A stretch of DNA of 64,000 nt from an uncultured Brevinematales bacterium. Its GTDB lineage: Bacteria > Spirochaetota > Brevinematia > Brevinematales > JAOACQ01. Shown here one piece after another: positions 44,814 through 52,491 of this stretch. The notes beneath the pieces are model-generated. The model had not been told where the DNA came from. It did not search any database and was given only the letters and a program-made list of their open reading frames with translations. Location of the stretch: contig CAZHNM010000007.1 in the NCBI GenBank assembly GCA_964533855.1, forward strand, positions 22,552-86,551, read 5' to 3'. Each line of letters starts with the position of its first letter. The stretch's first letter is position 1. A program made the position numbers and the translations under genes.

Positions 44814-45262
44814 TTATTATACGGAGGGCATGGAAAAAAGATCTGCCTGAACTCACAGGCCTTTTAATGGAGCTTTTTTCGATAGAGAAGGATTTCAGAT
44901 TCGACAGCCGGAAACAGCGCATGGGACTTCTCCTGCTTTTGAAAAGGAGGACGGAAGCGGTCATAATTGTTGCAACAGAAAAAGGGTCTCTAACAGGGAT
45001 GGCGACCGGACAGCTTGTCGTTTCTACAGCCGCAGGGGCTTATTCGGTTCTCGTCGAAGACGTTGTCGTCAGGCCCGAATTCAGGAAAATGGGGATCGGA
45101 AAGAAGCTCCTCGAAAGGATTGAAAGCTGGGGAGTATCGAAGGGCGCGAAGAGGATGCAGCTCGTCGCGGATAAAAATAACATCACGGCAGCCGGCTTTT
45201 ACATGAAAAACGGCTGGAGTGAAAGCTCGATGATAGGGTTTTATAAAACCATTTCCGGGTAA
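44810..45262 (+). CDS. GNAT family N-acetyltransferase
   Basis: 150 aa with acetyl-CoA motif VRPEFRKMGIGKKLL. ATGA overlap with the nifV-like gene. Confidence 0.8.
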   Translation: MIIIRRAWKKDLPELTGLLMELFSIEKDFRFDSRKQRMGLLLLLKRRTEAVIIVATEKGSLTGMATGQLVVSTAAGAYSVLVEDVVVRPEFRKMGIGKKLLERIESWGVSKGAKRMQLVADKNNITAAGFYMKNGWSESSMIGFYKTISG

Positions 45263-45268
45263 CGAATT

Positions 45269-45284
45269 GCCGGGCGCACCCGGC
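45269..45284. terminator. GC-rich hairpin between convergent genes (no U-tract)
   Basis: GCCGGG-CGCA-CCCGGC, 7 nt after the GNAT stop. Confidence 0.35.
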
Positions 45285-45329
45285 GCCGGATTGGCGATGA
45301 GCGACTTTGGGATAATCGATGATATTATT

Positions 45330-45833
45330 TTACTGTTGTTTGCCCTGATTCACGTAAACGCCGACGATGAGAAGCCACGCAGCTGAAATGAAAAAAGCGA
45401 AGGATAGCACCATGGCTGCGGATGCCACGTAAAGTCCGGCAACATATCCTGATATAAGTAAGACAGAGCCTATTATCTGAGCTAAGTAACAGGTTGTGCC
45501 CATGAAAAAGCGGCCGATGCTCAGCCCCACGGGGCTTCTGCCGATTTTTTTGGCCCGGATGTATACTCGTATGTAAGTAATCATCGGAAAGAGCGTAACG
45601 ACCAGCCATTCAACGCCGATCCATTGATAGTTTTGATTTCCAATGAGGGCTAATCCACAGATAATGAAGATGGCAGTGAAGCCCGTTAGCGTTGCTATGG
45701 CACGGTTTTTATGGGTTGCATCCCGGGTGATGATCGAAAGATTGATCGACATGGCTATAAACACCAATCCCGCGAGAGCTGCCGCTCCGCCTCCTACCAT
45801 AATGAAGAAATTTTGCCATCGGTCGATACCCAT
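45330..45833 (-). CDS. hypothetical polytopic membrane protein
   Basis: 167 aa, about 5 TM, GGGGG SD 7 nt upstream. No family recognised. Confidence 0.6.
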   Translation of the reverse strand: MGIDRWQNFFIMVGGGAAALAGLVFIAMSINLSIITRDATHKNRAIATLTGFTAIFIICGLALIGNQNYQWIGVEWLVVTLFPMITYIRVYIRAKKIGRSPVGLSIGRFFMGTTCYLAQIIGSVLLISGYVAGLYVASAAMVLSFAFFISAAWLLIVGVYVNQGKQQ

Positions 45834-45870
45834 TATGCTGCCCCCATAATGATGTGATTGCCGAAATCTC

Positions 45871-45955
45871 TGCCGGGGGCGGGAATCGAACCCGCACAGG
45901 CATTACACCCGAGGGATTTTAAGTCCCTTGTGTCTACCAATTCCACCACCTCGGC
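45871..45955 (-). tRNA. tRNA-Leu (anticodon TAA)
   Basis: 85-nt class II cloverleaf on the minus strand: GCCGAGG acceptor (one A5.C68 mismatch), anticodon arm AGGGA-CUUAAAA-UCCCU, long variable arm, T arm GCGGG-UUCGAUU-CCCGC. No encoded CCA. Confidence 0.85.
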
Positions 45956-45963
45956 AAATTAAT

Positions 45964-46035
45964 AGGGGATGGTCGGAATTGAACCGACGAATAACGGTTT
46001 TGCAGACCGTCGCCTTACCACTTGGCTACATCCCC
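45964..46035 (-). tRNA. tRNA-Cys (anticodon GCA)
   Basis: 72-nt cloverleaf: acceptor GGGGAUG/CAUCCCC, anticodon arm ACGGU-CUGCAAA-ACCGU, T arm GUCGG-UUCAAUU-CCGAC. Confidence 0.9.
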
Positions 46036-46055
46036 ATAACCTAATTAGGGATATA

Positions 46056-46084
46056 ATTATAAAGAATATCGCATAGCGTGTCAA
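46056..46084 (-). promoter_or_regulatory. consensus sigma-70 promoter for the tRNA-Cys/tRNA-Leu unit
   Basis: On the minus strand: TTGACA (46084-46079), 17-nt spacer, TATAAT (46061-46056), about 20 nt upstream of the tRNA-Cys 5' end. Confidence 0.65.
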
Positions 46085-46116
46085 TTTTATAGGAAGCGCG
46101 CCCGCCTTTACTAAAT

Positions 46117-46149
46117 TAAAAAACCCTGCCCGATGAAAAGCAGGGTTTT
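46117..46149 (-). terminator. Rho-independent (bidirectional-looking) terminator after flbD
   Basis: Stem CCCTGC (46124-46129) / GCAGGG (46140-46145), flanked by an A-run on one side and a T-run on the other. The minus strand reads stem + UUUUUU. Confidence 0.7.
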
Positions 46150-46164
46150 GCATTTGTGTGATTT

Positions 46165-46356
46165 TTAGATATTGCCCTTTACTGTTCTGCTGAGGAATTC
46201 GGAAAACATCTGCCTGATCTCTGCTGTCTTTTCTTTACAAACCATTTTATGGCCGGACTGAAAAACAATTATCGTATCCGGTGTTTCCTCGAGGAATTCC
46301 ACTAGAAACATATTGATAGTAAATTTAGTGTTGTTCAAACGCGTTAATTCAATCAT
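46165..46356 (-). CDS. flbD: flagellar protein FlbD
   Basis: 63 aa. MIELTRLNNTKFTINMFLVEFLEETPDTIIVFQSGHKMVCKE is typical FlbD and lies directly after flgE. Confidence 0.8.
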   Translation of the reverse strand: MIELTRLNNTKFTINMFLVEFLEETPDTIIVFQSGHKMVCKEKTAEIRQMFSEFLSRTVKGNI

Positions 46357-46364
46357 TGTCTATA

Positions 46365-47732
46365 TTAATCTCTCTTGAGATTGAGAATTTCCCTGAGCAT
46401 ATCGTCGGAAGTGGTCACGACTCTCGAATTTGCCTGGAATCCTCTTTCTGTTACGATCATATCTGTAAATGTTTCTGAAAGGTCCACGTTGCTCATTTCG
46501 AGAGCTCCCGCGTAAATCCTTCCTCTCCCCTGGGATCCGGCTGTTCCTGTATTAGCCATACCCGAGTTATTGGATTCCGTATAGAGGCTTTCTCCTTCCT
46601 TTGTCAGACCCATCGGGTTTGTGAATGCCGCGATTGCCACCTGTCCAATCGTCCTGCGTTCGCCGTTAGAATATGAACCGGTGATCGTGCCGGAATCATC
46701 AATCTTGAATGATTCAAGGTAGGACATCTCATATCCGTCCTGGAAATACGCTTTCGTTGTCGTAGGAGAACTGAACTGGGTGATTGAATCCGTCACCTGG
46801 CCGACGTTGCCCAACTGCATGTTGAAGTTTCTCGTCTGCCCGTCGGGAAGAGTGTAAGCGATTGTCGTGGTGAGAGAACCCGTGTTTGCTGTCGCGGGTG
46901 CGGCTCCCGCTGCTTCTGCAACCGATGCAATAGTTCCGTTAGTATTGAAATTAATTATCATCGAGTTATTTGAATCCGCCTTGACGGCCCCTACATTTAC
47001 CTTGATCGCGTTATCCGGGATTCCATCGATTGTCACATTGGCTTTCCACTGGTTAAGCCCCATTTTCTGGAAATTAACGACCATCCTTCTCTTGTCGCCG
47101 TACCGATCGACAACATCGATGCTTGTCGAATGAGTGTTCTGGATCAGTTCGTCAGGGGAAGCGTTGGCGCCTACGACAGGTGTTTTCAGGTCGAGATTGC
47201 TCTTCATCCTTACAACGCCTGTTTCCCTGGCTTCAAGCTTTTCCATTATCGGGATTTTCATATCTTCAAGAGGAGATGCCGTATTAATAAAACGGTCTCC
47301 GTTCTGGAGGGTTACGGCATTCCATCCCTGAACCTTCAAACCGTTAGGATTTACAAGAAGTCCGTCCCTGTCGAGCATAAAGTTTCCGGACCGGGTATAG
47401 AAAGTCCTGTCTCCTAACTTCGTAGTAAAAAAGCCTTCGCCTGTGATCGCAAGGTCAGTATTTTTGCCCGTGGTCTGGATGCTTCCCTGGTTCATGAGGG
47501 TGTCGATACTGCCTATCGACATGCCGAGCCCGATCTGTTCGGGATTTAATCCGCCCCGCTCTTCCGAGGGCTTGGCTGCACCCGTAAGGGTCTGGGATAA
47601 AATATCCTGGAAGGTCATTCTTCCCTTTTTGAATCCCGTTGTATTGACATTAGCCACGTTATTACCTATAACGTCCATCCTGGCCTGGTGATTCTGAAGG
47701 CCGGATACCGCGGAATAAAGCGATCTCATCAT
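46365..47732 (-). CDS. flgE: flagellar hook protein FlgE
   Basis: 455 aa. N-terminal MMRSLYSAVSGLQNHQARMDVIGNNVANVNTTGFK and C-terminal LEMSNVDLSETFTDMIVTERGFQANSRV rod/hook motifs. Confidence 0.95.
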   Translation of the reverse strand: MMRSLYSAVSGLQNHQARMDVIGNNVANVNTTGFKKGRMTFQDILSQTLTGAAKPSEERGGLNPEQIGLGMSIGSIDTLMNQGSIQTTGKNTDLAITGEGFFTTKLGDRTFYTRSGNFMLDRDGLLVNPNGLKVQGWNAVTLQNGDRFINTASPLEDMKIPIMEKLEARETGVVRMKSNLDLKTPVVGANASPDELIQNTHSTSIDVVDRYGDKRRMVVNFQKMGLNQWKANVTIDGIPDNAIKVNVGAVKADSNNSMIINFNTNGTIASVAEAAGAAPATANTGSLTTTIAYTLPDGQTRNFNMQLGNVGQVTDSITQFSSPTTTKAYFQDGYEMSYLESFKIDDSGTITGSYSNGERRTIGQVAIAAFTNPMGLTKEGESLYTESNNSGMANTGTAGSQGRGRIYAGALEMSNVDLSETFTDMIVTERGFQANSRVVTTSDDMLREILNLKRD

Positions 47733-47759
47733 AAGCTTTTCTCCTTACGTCTTTTGTTA

Positions 47760-48245
47760 TTATTTACTGGCCGGATCTTTCTTTTCAGTGTCTTTTACGG
47801 CGTCTTTAACCTCGTTTATCTGGTCGAGCGGCACTTCCATGCCGTTTATGTTTAAAAATGTATCGCCGTTCTTGACCTTGATGCTGCCTACTGTTCCTGT
47901 ATTATACCTGCTGTTCTCGTCTGTCCATGAAATTGATTTACCTACGAGCGACACTGCCTTCGTGAAGGTAAATTCCTTATTCATTGCCTTTATATTGTCA
48001 GTAAGCTCGTTCATTTCCTTAAGGGATGTGAACTGGGCCATCTGACCTATGAATTCCTTGTCATCAAGGGGTTTCGTCGGATCCTGGCTCTTCAGCTGGG
48101 TTATCAGGAGCTTCATAAAATCAGCCTGATCGAGAGTGTTTTTGCTGACGATCTTCTGATTTTCTTTCAGGGACGAATTGAATTCGGAAACCCTGTAATT
48201 GAGCTTATTAAGGTCTTCAGGTGCAAGCTGAGTATTTATGTTCAT
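47760..48245 (-). CDS. flgD: flagellar hook assembly/capping protein FlgD
   Basis: 161 aa. LDQADFMKLLITQLKSQDPTKPLDDKEFIGQMAQFTSLKEM is the FlgD signature region. Confidence 0.9.
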   Translation of the reverse strand: MNINTQLAPEDLNKLNYRVSEFNSSLKENQKIVSKNTLDQADFMKLLITQLKSQDPTKPLDDKEFIGQMAQFTSLKEMNELTDNIKAMNKEFTFTKAVSLVGKSISWTDENSRYNTGTVGSIKVKNGDTFLNINGMEVPLDQINEVKDAVKDTEKKDPASK

Positions 48246-48271
48246 AAATCCCTCCTATCTGCAATTTAAAT

Positions 48272-49609
48272 TTATGCTAAAAAATTAATATTACTTTCAA
48301 AAAGCGACATATAAGCCCTATGGGCCTCCCTCTGCGCTTCTTCAGGCTTTTCATTAAAAAGTCCCGCAAGTGACCTATCCCAAAGTTCGCCGTTAGGCTG
48401 GCCGGCATTGTCCTGGCCCCGGTCTGAAAGGCTGACATTGAGGCTGCCGATATTCACTCCCGCCTGCTGAAGCGCTCTCTGGAGATCGCCCAGGTTCTGG
48501 TCGAATATCGCCTTGGCTTCAGGAGTCGAAACGACGATCTGGCCGGACATCCTTCCTCCCTCAAGAACGAACTTCATGCTCATCCTTCCAAGTTCGGGGG
48601 GCATAAGGTTCATTTTAAGCTCGCTTTTTCCGTCTTTGAGAGTTACTAAAGCCCTTCCCGTGATACTGGCCATCATAGCTTCAAGGCCCGCCTTGGTGAC
48701 AGGCATGGCGCCCTGCACTGCGGCAGTACGCTGAACCTGGGCCGCCTGGTCGGCTTTCCCGGCCTGCAGCGAGGTCATGTCTCTCTGCATGGATTTATCG
48801 TTTTCCGCTTCGGCCGCTTTTAAAGTCTGCGGAGAGACGGCTTTCGAGGACTGTGTTTCAATTTTCAAAGGCTCTTTCGAGATTGATTGTTCCCCCGATT
48901 TTTTACTATTATCCGGCTCCGCCTGCGTTTTTTCTGCATCGGCAGTACCGGTCCTTTTATCAATTACTACGACTTTTTCGGGTGTTATGTCTTTTTCCTG
49001 TCCGCCTGATTTACTCAGGCCGGCCGGTTTCTCCTGCTGCCCTTCCGCTGTTTTCACGTTATTTCCGGCGTTTTCTTTAACATCGGCAGCACCCTTTATT
49101 TCTCCGAGTTTTTTCTTCAGAGCATCGAGCGTATTTTGTTTCTGGTTTGCGTCCTGGTTATCGAGCATGCTTATAATCTGCTCAAGAACCTCTTTGATAA
49201 ATGACATGAGAGTAACGCTGTTCGTTCCGGGTTTAATATCAGTGCTTGTATTATTATTATCTTTCATTGCGGCGACAAGCTTTTTTATTTCTTCAAGTAT
49301 CGACTTGAGTCCTTCGATCTCTTTTGCTTCCTTTGAATCCGGATTTTTCGATATTTTTTCCTTTGCTTCGAGAACGCTTAGCTTTTTCTCGATTTCATCT
49401 ATTTTATTCCTGATATCTTTAAGGACTGCAGGTTCTTTTTCCCTGCCTTCTTTTTTATCGTTCCTGCTTATACCCCTGAGAACATCCTGGAAAGATAGAT
49501 CGCTTCCGGCTGCGGACCTGTCCCTTGAAGCCTGGGTCCTGTCGGTTTTCAGGTCACCTGTGCCTGCGGAAGGCATCCTTGATAAAGTCATAAGGTTAGA
49601 ACTATCCAT
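48272..49609 (-). CDS. fliK: flagellar hook-length control protein FliK
   Basis: 445 aa. Low-complexity K/E/Q-rich ruler region; C-terminal FliK domain (LKMNLMPPELGRMSMKFVLEGGRMSGQIVVSTPEAKAIFDQNLGDLQRALQQAG). Upstream of flgD. Confidence 0.8.
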   Translation of the reverse strand: MDSSNLMTLSRMPSAGTGDLKTDRTQASRDRSAAGSDLSFQDVLRGISRNDKKEGREKEPAVLKDIRNKIDEIEKKLSVLEAKEKISKNPDSKEAKEIEGLKSILEEIKKLVAAMKDNNNTSTDIKPGTNSVTLMSFIKEVLEQIISMLDNQDANQKQNTLDALKKKLGEIKGAADVKENAGNNVKTAEGQQEKPAGLSKSGGQEKDITPEKVVVIDKRTGTADAEKTQAEPDNSKKSGEQSISKEPLKIETQSSKAVSPQTLKAAEAENDKSMQRDMTSLQAGKADQAAQVQRTAAVQGAMPVTKAGLEAMMASITGRALVTLKDGKSELKMNLMPPELGRMSMKFVLEGGRMSGQIVVSTPEAKAIFDQNLGDLQRALQQAGVNIGSLNVSLSDRGQDNAGQPNGELWDRSLAGLFNEKPEEAQREAHRAYMSLFESNINFLA

Positions 49610-49778
49610 ATTTTGGACACTCCTTTTACCGTCTTGTTATGATTTTCGGTAGAATGAGAAAAAGATTGAGTCCGGCCCGGTAGTTTTTGATCTTTTGTTT
49701 TTCCTGAATTATACTTGAACCTGACTATCGATTATGGCGGTTTCGGTTATCCCGGTGACTACCTGCAGGGCCAGGCGT

Positions 49779-50375
49779 TCATTCATAAAATTTCACGGAA
49801 CCTTCCAGCGGTTTCTTGACAGGACCGGAATTTATCTTTGCCGAATAGCCGACGGGTACGACAGCCATAAATTCGCCGCCCGGATTACCCAGGAACTCGA
49901 GGAGTTCTTTCTGTATCATAATCAATATTCCAAGCCAGACTGAAGAAAGTCCTAATGACGTCGCGGCTATGAGCATATTTTCCACGGCTGCCGCCGAGCT
50001 CTGGATTTCCATTATTCTGAAAAAATCATGGATGGTATCATTGGCCACCTGAAATAATTCCGGACCCCGCCGGATCAATTCGCCGGTATTTAAAACCGCG
50101 ATTACAAGCGGTGCGCTTGAAATGCTCCGGGCCGCCATCCTGAGCAGGGCCGAAGCCGGACGGGGAAATCTCGGGCAATTATCAGTGATCAGGTTGACAA
50201 GTTCCGTTTTTTTACTGCCCCGGAGGACTACAAAGCTCCATGACTGCTTATTATGCGCGGAAGGAGCCTGGTTGGCCGCGTTCAAAATCGCCAGTATATC
50301 TTCGCTTGCGACTTCCCTGTCAAGGTACATCCTGTTGCTGTGCCTGTTGTATATCGATTGGATCGTTTCATTCAT
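49779..50375 (-). CDS. nitroreductase family protein
   Basis: SIYNRHSNRMY..AANQAPSAHNKQSW motifs. GGAGG SD before ATG 50375; the track start at 50447 overlaps the upstream gene. Confidence 0.8.
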   Translation of the reverse strand: MNETIQSIYNRHSNRMYLDREVASEDILAILNAANQAPSAHNKQSWSFVVLRGSKKTELVNLITDNCPRFPRPASALLRMAARSISSAPLVIAVLNTGELIRRGPELFQVANDTIHDFFRIMEIQSSAAAVENMLIAATSLGLSSVWLGILIMIQKELLEFLGNPGGEFMAVVPVGYSAKINSGPVKKPLEGSVKFYE

Positions 50376-50397
50376 ATTTGCCTCCGATCGAACAGGG

Positions 50398-50871
50398 TTA
50401 TTTATCGTAGGAAATATCATCCGGGAGTTCGTTGCTGTCTCCGGCACCGGCAGGAAAATGTTCTTTTAAAGTCTTGCCTATCCTCTTGATTCCGTATTCG
50501 AGGCCGCCGGCGAAATCATCGTTCCTGAAATGGCTTTCCATTTTTATGGAGATCTCTTTCCAGCATTCATCACCCATCTTTTCATGGATTCCTATGTCGC
50601 CTATTATGGCAAACTGCCTGTTTTTAATAGCGAAGTAGATCATGACCCCGTTTCTTAAAGAGGTATTGGTCATGCCTATCCGTTCGAAAGTCCGTGAAGC
50701 GTCATGGAGGATTTCCCTGTTGACCTTTTTGGAAAGGTGCACGCGGATCTCGCCTGAAGTCCCCTTTTCAGCTTCTTCAATGCATTTGATTATATGGTCT
50801 TTTTCCTTTGATGAAAAGAAAATATGAGGATTCCCCGGCCTTTTGACTTTAACTGTTTTACCATCCGCCAC
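50398..50871 (-). CDS. TPM-domain protein
   Basis: 157 aa. EIRVHLSKK..NGVMIYFAIKNRQFAIIGDIGIHEK is the TPM (TLP18.3/Psb32/MOLO-1) phosphatase-like pattern. Confidence 0.7.
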   Translation of the reverse strand: MADGKTVKVKRPGNPHIFFSSKEKDHIIKCIEEAEKGTSGEIRVHLSKKVNREILHDASRTFERIGMTNTSLRNGVMIYFAIKNRQFAIIGDIGIHEKMGDECWKEISIKMESHFRNDDFAGGLEYGIKRIGKTLKEHFPAGAGDSNELPDDISYDK

Positions 50872-51718
50872 TTGAACCTCCTCCTCCGAAACTTCCGCCG
50901 CCGCCTCCGCCGAAAGAACTGCCTCCGCTGCCCCAGCCGCTGCCGCTTCCTCCGCCGAATCCGCCTCCCCGCATCAAAAAGAGATAAAAGATTATCTTGA
51001 ATATGCCCAGCGTAATGCTGAAGATGATAAGCCACTCGAAAAAGGAATAGCGATGGCCGTAATTTCTATGTCCGGACATGTAATAAAAAAATCTTAATAT
51101 ATCAAGCAGGAACAAAACTGCTAATACGCAGAGGATTATAATTCCTATCTTGATAAGCTTTTCCTTGTCGATTGTGAAGTTTGACGGGCCGGAAGAAGTT
51201 TCAGTTTCATCCGTGCTTTCACCCGATACCGTTTTGGCAATCGCCTGTACGCCGGCTTTGACGCCGCTGTCATAATCGCCTGCCTTGAAATATGGGGCTA
51301 TCACGTTTCGGATAATATAGGAAGCAGACGCATCGGGAAGCTTGTCCTCGAGGCCGTAACCCACTTCTATCCGCAATTTTCTTTCCTGCTTGAAGATCAC
51401 CAGGATTACGCCGTTATCCTTGCCTTTCTGGCCTATTTTCCATTTTTCAGCGAGCCTGATGGAATAATCCTCCAGGGATTCGCCTTCGAGAGACGGAAAG
51501 GCGGCAACGACTATCTGAATCCCTGTCCTGCTTTCAAGATTGGCAAGATAAGCCTCGATAGCAGCCCTTGTGTCATCTGAAAGCATGCCGGCGTAATCAT
51601 TAACCCTTGCCTCGGGAGAGGCGGGTATAGCTAATGAAAATGTTGCCGCAAAAGGGCTAAAAAGCAGGATAGATAAAAATAAAAATAATTTAGCCGTTAT
51701 ATTGAAAGGCTCGCGCAT
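50858..51718 (-). CDS. TPM-domain membrane protein (YgcG-like) with Gly-rich C-terminus
   Basis: 286 aa. Signal peptide, VNDYAGMLS..NGVILVIFKQERKLRIEVGYGLE TPM core, TM helix, GGGFGGGSGSGWGSGG tail. Confidence 0.75.
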   Translation of the reverse strand: MREPFNITAKLFLFLSILLFSPFAATFSLAIPASPEARVNDYAGMLSDDTRAAIEAYLANLESRTGIQIVVAAFPSLEGESLEDYSIRLAEKWKIGQKGKDNGVILVIFKQERKLRIEVGYGLEDKLPDASASYIIRNVIAPYFKAGDYDSGVKAGVQAIAKTVSGESTDETETSSGPSNFTIDKEKLIKIGIIILCVLAVLFLLDILRFFYYMSGHRNYGHRYSFFEWLIIFSITLGIFKIIFYLFLMRGGGFGGGSGSGWGSGGSSFGGGGGGSFGGGGSSGGW

Positions 51719-52323
51719 TAAAATTTCACCTTGGGAGCCGTCTTGGCGCCTTCTTCAGCCTGGAAGTACGCTTTTTCCTGCATCCCTGCCATGTTGGCTA
51801 TAATAAAAGCCGGGAAACTGCGCCTTACCGTGTTGAACTCCTGAGCAGCGTCGTTATAACGCTTCCTTTCCACCGCGATGCGGTTCTCGGTTCCTTCGAG
51901 CTGTGACTGCAGTTCAAGAAAATTCTCATTGGCCTTAAGATTTGGATAATTTTCCGTAACCATCATCAGTCTTGAAAGGGCGCTGGAGAGCTGGCCCTGT
52001 GCTGCCTGGAATTTCTGAAAACTTTCAGGGTTGTTAATCACGCTCTGGTCCACGGTGAATGAACCTACGCGGCTTCTCGCATCGACCACAGCCTTGAGAG
52101 TGTCTTTTTCATGAGCGGCATAGCCCTTGACCGTTTCGACTAAATTGGGTATCAAATCCGCCCTTCTCTGGTAAACGTTTTCCACCTGGCCCCACTGCGC
52201 TTTTACGGCTTCTTCAAGCCTGACGAGCTTGTTATATGTACCGCCTGTCAGATTATAGATTAGAATCCCCAGGACCAGTATGATCCCGATTACAATCAGA
52301 CCCGTCTGCAAACCTTTAGACAT
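51718..52323 (-). CDS. lemA: LemA family protein
   Basis: N-terminal TM (LIVIGIILVLGILIY). LemA motifs (YNKLVRLEE, QRRADLIPNLV, YPNLKANENF, RKRYND). GAGGAG SD before ATG 52323. Confidence 0.85.
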   Translation of the reverse strand: MSKGLQTGLIVIGIILVLGILIYNLTGGTYNKLVRLEEAVKAQWGQVENVYQRRADLIPNLVETVKGYAAHEKDTLKAVVDARSRVGSFTVDQSVINNPESFQKFQAAQGQLSSALSRLMMVTENYPNLKANENFLELQSQLEGTENRIAVERKRYNDAAQEFNTVRRSFPAFIIANMAGMQEKAYFQAEEGAKTAPKVKF

Positions 52324-52354
52324 TATAAAACTCCTCAATAATAATAAGATTGCT

Positions 52355-52383
52355 TTGAATTTAATATATAATAGAGATAAAAT
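52355..52383 (+). promoter_or_regulatory. sigma-70-type promoter candidate for the ABC-F gene
   Basis: TTGAAT (52355-52360), 17-nt spacer, TAAAAT (52378-52383). Confidence 0.45.
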
Positions 52384-52399
52384 CAAGAAAGGACCCGGT

Positions 52400-52446
52400 C
52401 GGGGATTACTATGCACTTAGGCGAAAAATCCCCGGTTTTGCTTTAT
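52400..52446 (+). terminator. terminator-like hairpin + U-tract in the ABC-F leader (possible attenuator)
   Basis: CGGGGATT (52400-52407), 19-nt loop, AATCCCCG (52427-52434), then GTTTTGCTTT. Confidence 0.4.
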
Positions 52447-52491
52447 AATGAATGGCCCCGAAGAGGGGCTAATAAAATCCGGGATAATAAA

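Noticed and set aside
45709-46153. ORFs 45709..45903(-) and 45959..46153(-)
   Set aside because: They overlap tRNA-Leu and tRNA-Cys, which fold into complete cloverleaves. Spurious.
49610-49778. Sigma-28 (TAAA-N15-GCCGATAA) or sigma-54 promoter upstream of fliK
   Set aside because: Only a weak TAAC-N12-AATCGATA and a TGGCCC..GTAG string are present, both with wrong spacing or hexamers. A lone TATAAT is there, but without a convincing -35.
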